Shown: piece after piece, positions 16,923 to 27,908 of the stretch
Position numbering within the stretch: the first letter of the stretch is position 1
Layout of the letters: every line of letters starts with the position of its first letter
Assembly (NCBI GenBank): GCA_965208125.1
Contig: OZ242320.1
Span: 5,376,001-5,440,000, forward strand
Direction of reading: 5' to 3'
DNA length: 64,000 bases
Source of the DNA: Candidatus Latescibacterota bacterium
GTDB taxonomy: Bacteria > Latescibacterota > UBA2968
The notes under the pieces: generated by a model
Seen by the model: only the letters and a program-made list of their open reading frames with translations
What the model was told of the DNA's origin: nothing
Databases searched by the model: none
Program-made: the position numbers and the translations under genes

Positions 16923-19193
16923 CTACCTTTTAATCCAGATTGGGCTCGACCACGCGAAATCGCCCTGCGCCACCTGCAAATTTCCACAGCGCCCGCCCAT
17001 CGGCATCCGGCGAAGCGGCTTTAGTCTAACCTCTAAATAATAAAAATGTTCTCCAGAGTCTGGCTCGTCCTCAAACCTCAAAACGGCCTGTTGCTTTCCG
17101 ACCCATTGCTCCTGTACCTGCTCTCCATCCCTGAACAGCGCAATCTCCTGCACCATTCGGGATGCCTGCACCTTGCAGATTAAGTGTACCTGTCCAGCCA
17201 CCCGCACCTCCGATCCCATGGGCATTCCGTTCACCCGCACATCCAGCATAACACGAGCACCGTTGGTGGCAAAACACCGCCGTGCCCACAGAGCTTCAAA
17301 TAGCGCCTCTCGGGTCAACGCCTCTGCCCACACACCCGTCAGAGCACCCCCCATCCCGGGCACAATCCGATGGGAATCGCTATTCCCCATAAACGCCAGG
17401 CGATAGCCCTGCCGCAGTGCCTCTGGAATCGTATCCCGCATCTGAATGTAAATATCCCAGCACGAACACAGTTCCACGCCCCCGAGCCGACTGCTCGGAA
17501 TCACCCACCAGGTGGGATGGTGCGGAAATGTGAAAGCCCGCGTCTTTTCCATCGCGGCTACCCACTTCTCCAGTGTATCCGCATCGGACTCAGTAAAATG
17601 ATACAGAGGCACTGCCCCATCTGGAAATAGCATAATCCGATGGTTCGGTCCGCTCTCCGATTCCTTGCGATAGGTGCGTTCATAGGCGGGGACAGCCACA
17701 AATCGTTCCGGATCGTCAAAGTGATCGGCCTCCGCCAGAATCAACTCGAGCTCAGATGGCGTGAGAATATTATCGTAAAGCGCATCATTATCCGTCACCG
17801 CCATAAAATCCAGCCGTGCTTTGTAGCGCCCATACGCGTAATTCTCGTCGATCTCGCCCTCCGCATCACCCGATAGATTGCCGTGACAATGGAGATCCCC
17901 CCAGTAAAGCTTATAGATCTTTCCCTCCACCTCTATTTCGGGCCGCTGATCAAACACAGGCGGTTCAGGCAGTCGGATTGGTCGCCATGATTGCCAGTCT
18001 GAGGCAGGGCGTTCTTGCACCAGCTGCGCCTGATCCAGTGGCAAACTCCCGGCACAAATATCCGCATAATATCGCCCCTCGGAAATCTGGGCGGCAAATG
18101 GCAACCTCCCATCCACCACCGGTAAATCTCCGTTCACCGTATAGGCGTGTACCTGCCCATCTACCTCACAGGACCGCCCCTGATTTTTCCCGGTCAGAGG
18201 ACGAGCGTAAAACAGCGCATCCGGACCGTGCCGGTTGACCAACTCATCCTCTTTGCGCTCATAAAGAACCCAGACATCCCCATTCGTTTCTCGCACAATC
18301 TGCGGCCGTCGCCGCCATCCCACAAACCCCATATAATGCTCGCGCCCCAACAATCCATCGTAGAGATGCGCCACATACCCTTCGGCCATAGTGCGATCTG
18401 GACCTCTATAAGGTGTCCAGGACCGGCCGTCAAAATGCGAAGCCATCGCCTCCACTTTGTGATCCACAAAACCTTTGGGATGGATCACATCGCGCGTGAC
18501 CGTCCACGTCGCCCAGACCCCACCCGAACCGTCGGGACACAACCTCGGAAATAACTCCCAGTCATCTGTAAGCGAGAACTTCTCCGGTCGTCCCACCCCA
18601 TCCGGCGTCCACTTCCTCAAAAACAGATCACAGGCTCCATTTTGGAGCGTCTGGTAAGCCACCCAGGCACCCCCGGCATGTCCGCACAGCACGGGCCGAT
18701 AGTGATCTCCTCCACCCAGCGACAGATCCACGACCTCAGCCCAGCGATTCCCATCCAGACATCGCCCAAACACTCGACGCCTTCTACCCACCAGCGCTGT
18801 CCAAACCACCCATATCCTGCCCTCACCATCCGAAGTCACATTTGGGAAAGCCAGACTCGCATCCGCCTCAGCCAATCGCACCACCTCGCCCATTTCGTCA
18901 GCAGATCGGGCCAGCATGCACCATCGTCCCTCCCGCACAGCGCACCACACCACCCACACCGCATCGCCTCCGCACGCAATTCGCGGCTGAAAATTGATCC
19001 CCGCCTCTTCGCTCACTGTCAACAAAGGACCTCGCCGCTGGTCCTCAAAAGACCGCACCAGAATCCGATCTTCTTTGGGCCTGTACCCGTGCCATGCCAC
19101 CCAGAATCGACCAGATCCATCCACAGTCAGCGCCGGGTCTTTATCCACATGCCCGCGGCGATGTTCTGACAATCGAATTTGCAAACGCCCCAT
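16923..19193 (-). CDS. Beta-propeller + PHP-like (DUF3604/CehA-type) metallohydrolase
   Basis: WGDLHCH, AVTDND, NSDSH, ALTGVWA, FATNG and AWSSPIW. Confidence 0.75.
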   Translation of the reverse strand: MGRLQIRLSEHRRGHVDKDPALTVDGSGRFWVAWHGYRPKEDRILVRSFEDQRRGPLLTVSEEAGINFQPRIACGGDAVWVVWCAVREGRWCMLARSADEMGEVVRLAEADASLAFPNVTSDGEGRIWVVWTALVGRRRRVFGRCLDGNRWAEVVDLSLGGGDHYRPVLCGHAGGAWVAYQTLQNGACDLFLRKWTPDGVGRPEKFSLTDDWELFPRLCPDGSGGVWATWTVTRDVIHPKGFVDHKVEAMASHFDGRSWTPYRGPDRTMAEGYVAHLYDGLLGREHYMGFVGWRRRPQIVRETNGDVWVLYERKEDELVNRHGPDALFYARPLTGKNQGRSCEVDGQVHAYTVNGDLPVVDGRLPFAAQISEGRYYADICAGSLPLDQAQLVQERPASDWQSWRPIRLPEPPVFDQRPEIEVEGKIYKLYWGDLHCHGNLSGDAEGEIDENYAYGRYKARLDFMAVTDNDALYDNILTPSELELILAEADHFDDPERFVAVPAYERTYRKESESGPNHRIMLFPDGAVPLYHFTESDADTLEKWVAAMEKTRAFTFPHHPTWWVIPSSRLGGVELCSCWDIYIQMRDTIPEALRQGYRLAFMGNSDSHRIVPGMGGALTGVWAEALTREALFEALWARRCFATNGARVMLDVRVNGMPMGSEVRVAGQVHLICKVQASRMVQEIALFRDGEQVQEQWVGKQQAVLRFEDEPDSGEHFYYLEVRLKPLRRMPMGGRCGNLQVAQGDFAWSSPIWIKR

Positions 19194-19311
19194 ACTCCGA
19201 TCCTCTCGGAATCATCCTGTGTGTCACAAGATAGCTTTTGTTTTCGGGAATAATTGGTATATTCTTACAAGAACTCTGATACAACCCGTGCATTTCCCCG
19301 GAGAACCGACA

Positions 19312-20562
19312 GTGACAACAAACACCATTCGCGTGGGCATCATCGGAACAGGCAGCCGCGGCATCAACTGTATTGGCCATCAAATTGCCGAACAAGCCAG
19401 CGACCTGGACATCACAATCACCGCCTTCTGCAACCGCACAGAAAGCCGAATGCACATCGCCCTTGAAGATGTGAACAGGATCGCGGCAGCAGCGGGCAAC
19501 AGAACCTTTTCACCCACATTCTACAGCGATCCAACAGCCCTGATTGCCGACGACAACGTAGATCTAATTGTCATCACCACGCCCACGGCAGCCCACCGCG
19601 AAGCGGCTATACCCGCACTGCGCTCGGGCAAAAAGGTCTATCTGGACAAGCCCATCGCACATACGCTTGAAGACGCCATAGCCATTCAAAAAGAAGAACA
19701 CAAAACAAATAATCCGATGATCATGGGCTTTACCAGGCGCTATGAACAGCCCTGGATCGAACTCTACAACCTGCTGAAAAGCGGCGTCATCGGCGACCTC
19801 AAAATGATGCTCATTCGCGCCGTAATCCCCTACACGCATTATTTTATGACCTGGCACCGCACGCGGTCCTTAAGCGGTGGTGCGCTCAACGACAAAGCAT
19901 CGCACTACACGGACGTATTCAACTGGTTTGCGGGCGGGCATTGCCTCCAGGTCAACGCCTTTGGGGGGCGCAACCTCTTTGAAGTGCGCGAAGACGCCCC
20001 CGAATTTTGTGCCGTCTGCGACGACTGGACCTGTCCTTATCGAGCAGAGCTGGTCGAAACGGGTACACAGGACCAGGCACGAGGCGCGATAGATCAGACC
20101 TTCGCCCAGGAAACCGATCCCATGCGCCGAAAAGACAACTGCGTATATAAACCCGGCGCAGACATCTTCGACCACGCATCCATTCACTTCCAGTACGACA
20201 ACGGAATCGTCGCCTCCATCTTCTACGCCATTTACGGTCCCAAAGCCGAAGACGAGGAAACCCTTGAACTGGTCGGCACAAAAGGCCGAATGATCCTGAC
20301 GCGCCTGAGGGGCGAAATCGACCTCGTAACGGACTACGGGGAACGCAGAGAAGAAATCATACAATGCAAAGCCGAAGCCTTTGAAACCTCTCACTTCGGC
20401 GCAGACCGCAAGCTGGTTCAGGAAATTGCCAAATTTGCCCGCGGCGGTCCATCCCCAGTAGATGGCCAATACGGCATGGAAGCCACGCGAATGATCCTAT
20501 CTGCAATGCAATCCATCGACCAGGGCGGCGAAACGGTTCGCCTCGCCAATGGACCAATATAA
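19312..20562 (+). CDS. Gfo/Idh/MocA-family oxidoreductase
   Basis: GIIGTGSRG, DKP, SGGALNDKASH, and a Cys-rich insert CxxC-x4-C. GTG start with GGAG SD. Confidence 0.9.
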   Translation: MTTNTIRVGIIGTGSRGINCIGHQIAEQASDLDITITAFCNRTESRMHIALEDVNRIAAAAGNRTFSPTFYSDPTALIADDNVDLIVITTPTAAHREAAIPALRSGKKVYLDKPIAHTLEDAIAIQKEEHKTNNPMIMGFTRRYEQPWIELYNLLKSGVIGDLKMMLIRAVIPYTHYFMTWHRTRSLSGGALNDKASHYTDVFNWFAGGHCLQVNAFGGRNLFEVREDAPEFCAVCDDWTCPYRAELVETGTQDQARGAIDQTFAQETDPMRRKDNCVYKPGADIFDHASIHFQYDNGIVASIFYAIYGPKAEDEETLELVGTKGRMILTRLRGEIDLVTDYGERREEIIQCKAEAFETSHFGADRKLVQEIAKFARGGPSPVDGQYGMEATRMILSAMQSIDQGGETVRLANGPI

Positions 20563-20572
20563 GGGAGGAAAA

Positions 20573-21391
20573 ATGACACCAATACCCATGACCGACGAAC
20601 AAAAATTCTTCTTCGACCTTCGCGGCTGGATCCTGCTGCCTTCTGTGCTATCGGCTGCCGAAATAGAAGAGATGAAAACCGAAGTATATGCCGGTGCCAA
20701 GCGGAGTTATGAGGGCGCGCTTCAGAACCTGCTGGACCACCCGGCAATCGTCGGCATTCTAAACGAAATTCTAACCGAGGAACCTTTTGTAAAAGACGAT
20801 TGCTACGGCTTCCGCTGCGAAGGCTCCTTCACCACCGTGCGACCTCCCGGATGGGACAAATCGGAACGGAGAGACAACGGCATGCCCCACGTCGTGCGTC
20901 CCCCCCAGCGGGCCAACGCCATGCGCTATCAGGTCGCGGGAAATAAAATTTTTGCCGGGCTGACCCGGGTAGTATGGGAACTCGAGGAAGTGGTGGCAGG
21001 ACAGGGCGGTACCTCTTTTCTCAGCGGATCACACAAAGCGCACTTCAATTACGGAGGCCCGGATCCGTTTCGACCAAATATCGGCGGTTCCCCCTATGAA
21101 TCCAGTATGAGAGATGCAATGAATGATTATAGCTGCCCCGCAGGCTCGGTGGTTATCTTCACGGAAAGCCTGATCCACGCGGCCAACGACTGGATCAATC
21201 CGAATAACCCGAGATGCGCGGTCTTCAATTGCTACAACTCCATCTGGGCACAATGGCACCGCCTCAACCTCGACCACGAAACAATCGAAGCCATGCCCTC
21301 AAAGCGGCGGACCCTCTTTCGCGGCACTTGGGCAATTGGCGGCGGGCCAAATGGCAACCGCGAGTACTCGCTGGATAACAGAACCGTCTAA
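20573..21391 (+). CDS. PhyH-like Fe(II)/2OG dioxygenase (non-canonical H-V-V motif)
   Basis: FDLRGW, LLDHP, GGTSFLSGSHK and FTESLIH. Confidence 0.82.
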   Translation: MTPIPMTDEQKFFFDLRGWILLPSVLSAAEIEEMKTEVYAGAKRSYEGALQNLLDHPAIVGILNEILTEEPFVKDDCYGFRCEGSFTTVRPPGWDKSERRDNGMPHVVRPPQRANAMRYQVAGNKIFAGLTRVVWELEEVVAGQGGTSFLSGSHKAHFNYGGPDPFRPNIGGSPYESSMRDAMNDYSCPAGSVVIFTESLIHAANDWINPNNPRCAVFNCYNSIWAQWHRLNLDHETIEAMPSKRRTLFRGTWAIGGGPNGNREYSLDNRTV

Positions 21392-23151
21392 CGGTCTGCT
21401 CTATTCCGCATCTGTTCAACCACTGGCGTCACTGGCGCTTCGCCGCTATAAAGTGCCTGCCCCCGCTCGTAGGAAACCTCCACCTCGCCATCCTTCACCT
21501 CTAGCCGGGGCACATTGTATTCTCGCGCATCACGATCCGTGCCGCGCATCACGGCCAAATGTGCGTCCGTCATGCCCTCCACCATATCGTCACCCCACCG
21601 ATTCCACGGATGCACGATCTCCCCGCCGCTGCGGTGAAAACTCCGCGACGAGTATTTGATCAGAATACCCCGCCGCGGGATGGGATTCTTCCACGCCGTG
21701 GTGCCATGCGTCGTCGAGCCATCGGCAAAAAACAGCACATCTCCCGCCTCCATCACCAGTTGCTTCACCAGCCCCATGTCATCGTCGCAGGACCGCACGC
21801 CCGGCGGCGTTGGGTATTTCCCCTTGTGAGAACCTGGAACACAGGCAAACCCGCCAAGACCGGGCGGCACATCCCGCAACTGCCATGTAATCGTCACCGC
21901 CTCCGAATAGCTCCGCCCATTCTGAAACTGATAGCCCATCGGCGGATACATCGGTTCCCCGGCATCGTGCAGCGCATGGCCAGACGTCCCCTGAACCGAA
22001 CAAAACGCCGACGGCCCACTCATTCGCGCGCCGCTCCCGCCCATCCATGTCAACCTGTGTTGCACGGGCGGGTGCGCCACCATCTTCCGAAACGGCTCGC
22101 AATACGGCTCGGGGAGATCCAGCAAACCGCCCAGCACCGGACGGCCCGTACCCGCCAGACTCTTTGACCCCCGCGACAATTCCTCCTGCACCACAATCTG
22201 ATCCTCAAACTTGTCAACCGCCTCGTTCGCCTTCTCCAACCATTCCTCGTCCATCACGCCTTTGAGAATCAAATACCCGTTCAACTCCCAAAAATAGAAC
22301 TCTTTTTCTTCGATATTGGAATTGGAATCCCGGCTGTAAATCGAGGGATGAAACACCTCTCGCGATTCATCTATTTTTACCGTCTCGCCATCCGTCACAA
22401 TCACCGGTGGAGGCGTCGAATACGCATAGTCCGGTTTGTAAAGCGACGCGCGCTGTTCGGGGCTGATCTCTGCCTGCCATTCAGGAGAGGGATCCTCCGC
22501 AACCATTGGACCCGTCCCCGCAGACTGAATCGCCGCCCGCCCCACATACTCGTAGCTCAACAATCTCCGAGACCCTTTGCACGGCCGCACCCCCTGCAAC
22601 ACCGTCCCCGCCACCAGAAATAGATCCCCGGCCTTCAGCACTGGCTGGAACGTCAGACCCATATCATCCACACCCGTAGCCACATCCTCTGGCGTCTCCA
22701 CATTCACCTTGTGGGTACACGGCACCATCACAAACCCACCATCGCCCTCTTCCACATCCTCAAGCGCCCAGATCGCCCGCACGGCCTGGCAATACCGGCG
22801 ACCATTCTGAAAATAGTACGCCCTGGCAGGATTCCTCGGCTCATTGCCCCCCACCAGGGGTGCCTCTACATCCCAGGTCTCATCGCACAACAACTCTGGC
22901 TCCCGGTCCAGCCGGAACCCATAGCCCACAATCTGATTTAAATACCACACCAATTGTGGATGAATCATCAAATCCCGAAACAGATCCCGAAGTAGGGAAT
23001 CCCATCTCAACATCCCCTCACTCTGCCCCCCTTTGTCCAGCGCCTCATTCAGCGCCTTCACCTCACCTCGGTTCAACACGCCCGGGATGTGCAAATAACC
23101 TGCCACATCAAAGCTGTAATTCTCCTCGTTGCTCATCGCTTCCCGGTCCAT
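21388..23151 (-). CDS. Tandem two-domain PhyH-like dioxygenase (copy A)
   Basis: Two repeats of FD/WE-xxGYL...GGF-xx-VPxxHK...AGD. Confidence 0.88.
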   Translation of the reverse strand: MDREAMSNEENYSFDVAGYLHIPGVLNRGEVKALNEALDKGGQSEGMLRWDSLLRDLFRDLMIHPQLVWYLNQIVGYGFRLDREPELLCDETWDVEAPLVGGNEPRNPARAYYFQNGRRYCQAVRAIWALEDVEEGDGGFVMVPCTHKVNVETPEDVATGVDDMGLTFQPVLKAGDLFLVAGTVLQGVRPCKGSRRLLSYEYVGRAAIQSAGTGPMVAEDPSPEWQAEISPEQRASLYKPDYAYSTPPPVIVTDGETVKIDESREVFHPSIYSRDSNSNIEEKEFYFWELNGYLILKGVMDEEWLEKANEAVDKFEDQIVVQEELSRGSKSLAGTGRPVLGGLLDLPEPYCEPFRKMVAHPPVQHRLTWMGGSGARMSGPSAFCSVQGTSGHALHDAGEPMYPPMGYQFQNGRSYSEAVTITWQLRDVPPGLGGFACVPGSHKGKYPTPPGVRSCDDDMGLVKQLVMEAGDVLFFADGSTTHGTTAWKNPIPRRGILIKYSSRSFHRSGGEIVHPWNRWGDDMVEGMTDAHLAVMRGTDRDAREYNVPRLEVKDGEVEVSYERGQALYSGEAPVTPVVEQMRNRADR

Positions 23152-23294
23152 CGGTGACCTCCTGTAAGAAGATTGGGGTTTATTAGTGCATTTAATACAT
23201 AGTAAGCTAATTTCTGGATCAATTCAAAATAAAAATGCTTATACTGTTATGGAGATAGATATTAAATCCAAAAACAGAAAAGGAATTACAAAAC

Positions 23295-24203
23295 ATGACC
23301 ACAAAATCGCGAAAATCGCCCGATGAAATCAAAAACCTCCTGGAAGGCCCTGTCACATCAATACCGACACCTTTTCTCTCAAATGGAGACATCGACTGGG
23401 ACGGCGTGGGCAACATCATCGAAATCGGCATTGGAGGCGGCAGCGGCGTCATCTTACTGACAGCGGGCGACAGCCAGTACTTCTGCCTGAGCGAAGACGA
23501 AATCGCACAACTCACACAATTTACCATCGAACGTACCGCTGGCCGCGCCCTCACCGTCGCCGCGACCGGGGCATGGCCCACCCGGCAAGCAGAAGTATTC
23601 GCCCACAGATGTATCGAATGGGGCGCAGATGCCCTCATGTCCGTCACCACATTCCACGGCTCAGACCCCGAAGGCGTGGCCGCCCACAATGCCGCAATCA
23701 GCAAAATCATCCCGGTAATGCTCGTCGGTTATCCCTCGCACCGCGCACTGGATATGCTCATAGACGAACCCAACATCTGCTGCTTCAAAGAAGATGGCGA
23801 CACGGCCTATGCCGTAGAAACCCTGCAAAAATACGGCCACCACTGGAAAATCATGACCGGAGGCACCCTGTGGCGTCACCTCCTCGAATGGCCCTTTGGC
23901 TGCACCACCTTCATGGACTGGTCCACCTCATTCGCCCCTTACATCGGCTCGGAATTCCACCAGGCTCTATGCCGCAACGACATAGCCAAAGCGCGGCGAA
24001 TCACCGTCGAAATCGAACGCCCGCTCTGGGATCTGCAGCCCAATTTCCGGGGCGGATGGCAAACCATGTGGCGCGCCATCCTTGAACTCTACGGCGTCTC
24101 CGCCCGATATCTCAGATCCCCCCAACTCTCTGCCACAGAAGAAGACATGGAATTTCTCCGTGCGTCTCTGGAACAAATCGGCCTGCTACCAAAGAAGCAT
24201 TAA
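23295..24203 (+). CDS. DHDPS/NAL-family class I aldolase/lyase
   Basis: TPFLSNGDID, TAGDSQ (variant of GxxGE) and Schiff-base Lys in FKED. Confidence 0.8.
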   Translation: MTTKSRKSPDEIKNLLEGPVTSIPTPFLSNGDIDWDGVGNIIEIGIGGGSGVILLTAGDSQYFCLSEDEIAQLTQFTIERTAGRALTVAATGAWPTRQAEVFAHRCIEWGADALMSVTTFHGSDPEGVAAHNAAISKIIPVMLVGYPSHRALDMLIDEPNICCFKEDGDTAYAVETLQKYGHHWKIMTGGTLWRHLLEWPFGCTTFMDWSTSFAPYIGSEFHQALCRNDIAKARRITVEIERPLWDLQPNFRGGWQTMWRAILELYGVSARYLRSPQLSATEEDMEFLRASLEQIGLLPKKH

Positions 24204-25492
24204 GGCAACGCATACACCCACATAAACCTTCTGTCATAGATCAGAGCTTCCTCTCTGCCGTCATTGTTCATATCACACACCTGCATCGCGTAACTATAAC
24301 CGATATCGTCGAGCCGCGTACGCTCCAAAATACCCGCCGGACAATCGGGATGCTTTGCATTTGCCGGTGGAGAAAACGCCAGCGATATCTCGCCATCCCC
24401 ATCCATCCCCCAGGGCCATCCGCCATCGGCATACCCAATCCAGGTCTGGCTCCCCCGAAGCGCAATAATCGGACGGTTTCTGTGCATGCGGAGCTTTTCC
24501 CCACCTTTCGGAAAACCCATTGGCCAGACCCGCTCGATGGGCCTGCTCCACACCTCTACACCATCTGGTTCGTAAAGCACCATAGGACCGTCTGGCGAAT
24601 TGTAGAGCGCGACCTGAAATTCAGAATCCGAACGAAAGCGTCCCAGGGCTGTACCCTGACAATGAATGTGTTCTCTCGAAAAATAAGTCCTGCCTCCCGC
24701 TCCAAAAAGGTGCAACTTGTCGGACGCGGCAATAGAAAAAACCGGCCCGCTGCCAGTGTGAAACACATCCGTGTAATCCACATGCTGCTGGTCCGCATTC
24801 AGTGTTTCAGGGTCAACAGCATCCATCGTCCACAAAATTTGCCCATCCATCCCCACGGCACAGTATCCAATTAGATACACCGACTCGCCATCCATATCCA
24901 GAGACAAAATGTGGTGCCCACCCCCCGGAATGGCTTTGGGACCCCATACCGGCTCCAGACCTGCATTCAGACCCAGCACTGGCTCGCCATATCGCCATGA
25001 ACCATTTCCCATCTCTCCATTTTTGATCGCAATAGCGGCCTCGTGTTTACCGGTGGGCCGTGTAGCGGTCTGGAGGATATAGTAATTCTCATCGGGAAGA
25101 CGGGCACTCTTTACCTCCTCCCCAGTCTCACCGTCCAGGACCACAACCCTATCGCCATCTGCTACGACCACCTCAATGCGCCCGTCCCCATCAATATCCC
25201 CCGTGGCGACACAGGCCTCATAGGAGTGAGAGATATAAGGAATGTCCGGCGGATTTGGCTTTCCCCACGTCCACAGGCGTCGGCCATCTGCGCGAAATGC
25301 CGAGACAGACACGGACTCGGGAAACAGCGCGCTTACAAAATCCCAACTCCGGAACGGCTCTGGCCCAAAGATGCCCGGTCCCTGATAGGTGATAATCTCC
25401 GGAACACCATCTCCGTCAATATCCGCCGGAAAACACTCTGCCCCGCCGTATTCCTCAAACGCAATTTCAAACATGGGTGATAACATTGTCAT
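24200..25492 (-). CDS. FG-GAP/Ca-binding repeat beta-propeller (rhamnogalacturonan-lyase-like)
   Basis: DIDGDG x2, DMNNDGREE, GGHH and HVD. Start uncertain (25486-25507). Confidence 0.6.
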   Translation of the reverse strand: MTMLSPMFEIAFEEYGGAECFPADIDGDGVPEIITYQGPGIFGPEPFRSWDFVSALFPESVSVSAFRADGRRLWTWGKPNPPDIPYISHSYEACVATGDIDGDGRIEVVVADGDRVVVLDGETGEEVKSARLPDENYYILQTATRPTGKHEAAIAIKNGEMGNGSWRYGEPVLGLNAGLEPVWGPKAIPGGGHHILSLDMDGESVYLIGYCAVGMDGQILWTMDAVDPETLNADQQHVDYTDVFHTGSGPVFSIAASDKLHLFGAGGRTYFSREHIHCQGTALGRFRSDSEFQVALYNSPDGPMVLYEPDGVEVWSRPIERVWPMGFPKGGEKLRMHRNRPIIALRGSQTWIGYADGGWPWGMDGDGEISLAFSPPANAKHPDCPAGILERTRLDDIGYSYAMQVCDMNNDGREEALIYDRRFMWVYALP

Positions 25493-25507
25493 AGCAGACT
25501 CCTGCAC

Positions 25508-25536
25508 AAAACCGGGACTTGCGATAAGCCCCGGTT
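25508..25536 (-). terminator. Hairpin/terminator after purN
   Basis: Minus strand ACCGGGGCTT-atcgc-AAGTCCCGGT followed by TTT. Confidence 0.55.
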
Positions 25537-26154
25537 CTATAGCCCCTGCAACTCAATCTCACCAGCGGCAATGCGCTGCAATGTCCGGACGTAAAGCCTG
25601 TGTTCCTGTTGCAGCACCCGGGCCGATAGGGTCTCGACCGAATCCCCAGGCTCAACCGGCACCTGGACCTGATCCAAAACCTGACCGTGGTCGTATTCTT
25701 CGTCAACCAGATGCACCGTGGCCCCGGTCTCGCGCTCACCCGCGGCCAACACCGACCGATGCACGACCTCCCCGTAAAAACCCTGACCGCCAAACCTCGG
25801 CAACAGAGATGGATGGATATTGAGGACGCGCCCCCTGTACGCTGCCAAAGTCCTCGGCCCCAACCGTTTCATATACCCGGCAAGACAGACCACCTCGACT
25901 CCATATTCATGCAAAATCGCCAGAATGGCCCCATCCAGAGCGCCGGGTTCGGAATGGGTATAGGTACTCAAATGCACCGCTGGCACGCCCATCTTTCTCG
26001 CCCGCTGCAAAGCTCCGGAATCCGAGTTATTGCTGATGACCACACGGGGTCTGGCCTGCAATCGTCCTGTTTTACAGGCGTCGAGAATAGCCTGCAAATT
26101 GGTACCTCTATGCGAAGCCAGAAAGCCCAGTTGCAAGACCCTTCTACTCGGCAT
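25537..26154 (-). CDS. purN: Phosphoribosylglycinamide formyltransferase
   Basis: ASHRGTNLQA, LAGYM, NIHPSLLP, GATVHLVDEEYDHG and EH. Confidence 0.9.
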   Translation of the reverse strand: MPSRRVLQLGFLASHRGTNLQAILDACKTGRLQARPRVVISNNSDSGALQRARKMGVPAVHLSTYTHSEPGALDGAILAILHEYGVEVVCLAGYMKRLGPRTLAAYRGRVLNIHPSLLPRFGGQGFYGEVVHRSVLAAGERETGATVHLVDEEYDHGQVLDQVQVPVEPGDSVETLSARVLQQEHRLYVRTLQRIAAGEIELQGL

Positions 26155-26168
26155 TTTCTCGCTCCTTC

Positions 26169-27908
26169 CTATCCCGACTTCTCCCCCGGCTTGCGATAAG
26201 ACGCCGCGTACCGATCACCCTCCGGATCGTACGACACATGGACCTGTCCATCCCGCACGACCAACCTGGGCACTGTGCGATCCCATCCATCGCGCTCGGG
26301 ACCGCGCATAACCGCAAACTGTTCCTCGGTCATATCTTCGACCATATCGCCCCAGCGCTCCTGGGGATCGATCACGCCACCGCCCCAGTTGGAATTTTTA
26401 GACTGATATTTAACCAGCACGCCCCGTCTGGGAATCGGATTTTTCCACGCCAGCGCGCCGTGTGTACACCCGCCATCCATAAAAAATAACACATCTCCCG
26501 CTTTCATCGCTGGCTGCACCACCAGGCCCATCGTCTCGTCGCATGTGCGGATTCCCGGAGGCATAGAATACTGCGTCTTATGAGAACCCGGCACACAGGC
26601 AAACCCACCCAACTCCGGCTCCACATCCCGCAACTGCCACGTAATCGTCACCGTCTCGCAATAACTCCGCCCATTCTTAAACTGGTAGCCCCGCGACGGA
26701 CTCATCGGCTCATTCCCATCGTGCAACGCGTGGCCCGAAGTCCCTTGCACCGCGCAAAACACCGTACCACCACCCGTGCGATATCCGCTGGCTCCCATCC
26801 AGTTCAGCCGATGCACCACAGCGGGATGGGCAATCATGCGCCGGAACGGATCGCAATAAGGCGCGGGTAAATCCACCAGCCCCGGCAACAACGGTCGCCC
26901 AGTCCCGGCCTGGCTCTTCGAACCGCGCGCCAGTTCTGCACCAACCTCAATCCGATCCTGAAATTTATCCACCGCCTCATTCGCCTTTTCCAGCCATTCC
27001 TCATCCATCACCCCGCGCACCACCAGATACCCATTTAAATCCCAAAAATAAAATTCCTTCTCATCAATTTTTGAATCTGGATCCCGAATATAAATCGAAG
27101 GATGAATCACCTCAGAACTCTCTTCCACCCATGTCTTTTCGCCATCGGTATTCAGCACTGGCGGCGGATTAGATCCCTTAGCTCCCGGCCTGTACATCAC
27201 CGCCTTCTGTTCGGGAGGCGCACTCTCCGTCCACCCGGGTCGCGTTTCGGTCTCAGCCCCCGGTCCTGATCCATTCGACTGAATAACCGCCCGCCCCGCA
27301 TACCAGTACGTCAACAGCCGTTTCGGTGAACCCGTCCACGGGCGCATCCCATGTAACGTAGTCTCAGCCAACAAAAACAAATCTCCCGCCTTCAGCACCG
27401 GCTGTTTCACCAGCTCCATATCGTCCTGCCCGGTCGCCAAATCCTCGGGCGTTTCCACATTGCTCTTGTGGCTCGCCTGAACCACCACCAGCCCGCCATC
27501 CCCATCCTCCACATCCTCCAGCACCCAGATCGCCTTCACCCCCTGGCACGACCGGCGACCATTTTGAAGAAAATAAGCCCGGGACGGATTTCGAGGTTCA
27601 TCTCCGCCCACCAGCCCCTGCCCGATCTCCCCCTCCCGGCTACCCAGCAACCGGGGCGCCTGATCCAATCGGAACCCATGCCCGATAATCTGATTCAAAT
27701 ACCATACCAATTGCGGATGCACCAGCAAATCCCGAAACAGATCCCGCTGGGGTGCCTCCCAGCCCAGCATGCCTTCAGACGCGCCCGCCTCGTCCATTGC
27801 TCTATTCAAAGCCTCAACTTCCCCACGACTCAACACCCCTGGAACGTGCAAATAACCGGCAACATCAAACGCATAATTCTCTTCATTGCTCATCTCTTCC
27901 CGGTCCAT
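26169..27908 (-). CDS. Tandem two-domain PhyH-like dioxygenase (copy B)
   Basis: Close paralog of 21388..23151, with the same MDRExMSNEENY start and a conserved 5' UTR/SD. Confidence 0.88.
   Translation of the reverse strand: MDREEMSNEENYAFDVAGYLHVPGVLSRGEVEALNRAMDEAGASEGMLGWEAPQRDLFRDLLVHPQLVWYLNQIIGHGFRLDQAPRLLGSREGEIGQGLVGGDEPRNPSRAYFLQNGRRSCQGVKAIWVLEDVEDGDGGLVVVQASHKSNVETPEDLATGQDDMELVKQPVLKAGDLFLLAETTLHGMRPWTGSPKRLLTYWYAGRAVIQSNGSGPGAETETRPGWTESAPPEQKAVMYRPGAKGSNPPPVLNTDGEKTWVEESSEVIHPSIYIRDPDSKIDEKEFYFWDLNGYLVVRGVMDEEWLEKANEAVDKFQDRIEVGAELARGSKSQAGTGRPLLPGLVDLPAPYCDPFRRMIAHPAVVHRLNWMGASGYRTGGGTVFCAVQGTSGHALHDGNEPMSPSRGYQFKNGRSYCETVTITWQLRDVEPELGGFACVPGSHKTQYSMPPGIRTCDETMGLVVQPAMKAGDVLFFMDGGCTHGALAWKNPIPRRGVLVKYQSKNSNWGGGVIDPQERWGDMVEDMTEEQFAVMRGPERDGWDRTVPRLVVRDGQVHVSYDPEGDRYAASYRKPGEKSG

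Noticed and set aside
25518-26200. 11-bp direct repeat CTTGCGATAAG flanking purN as a target-site duplication
   Set aside because: One copy is part of a terminator hairpin and the other lies inside a CDS, with no mobile-element ends. It could be chance.
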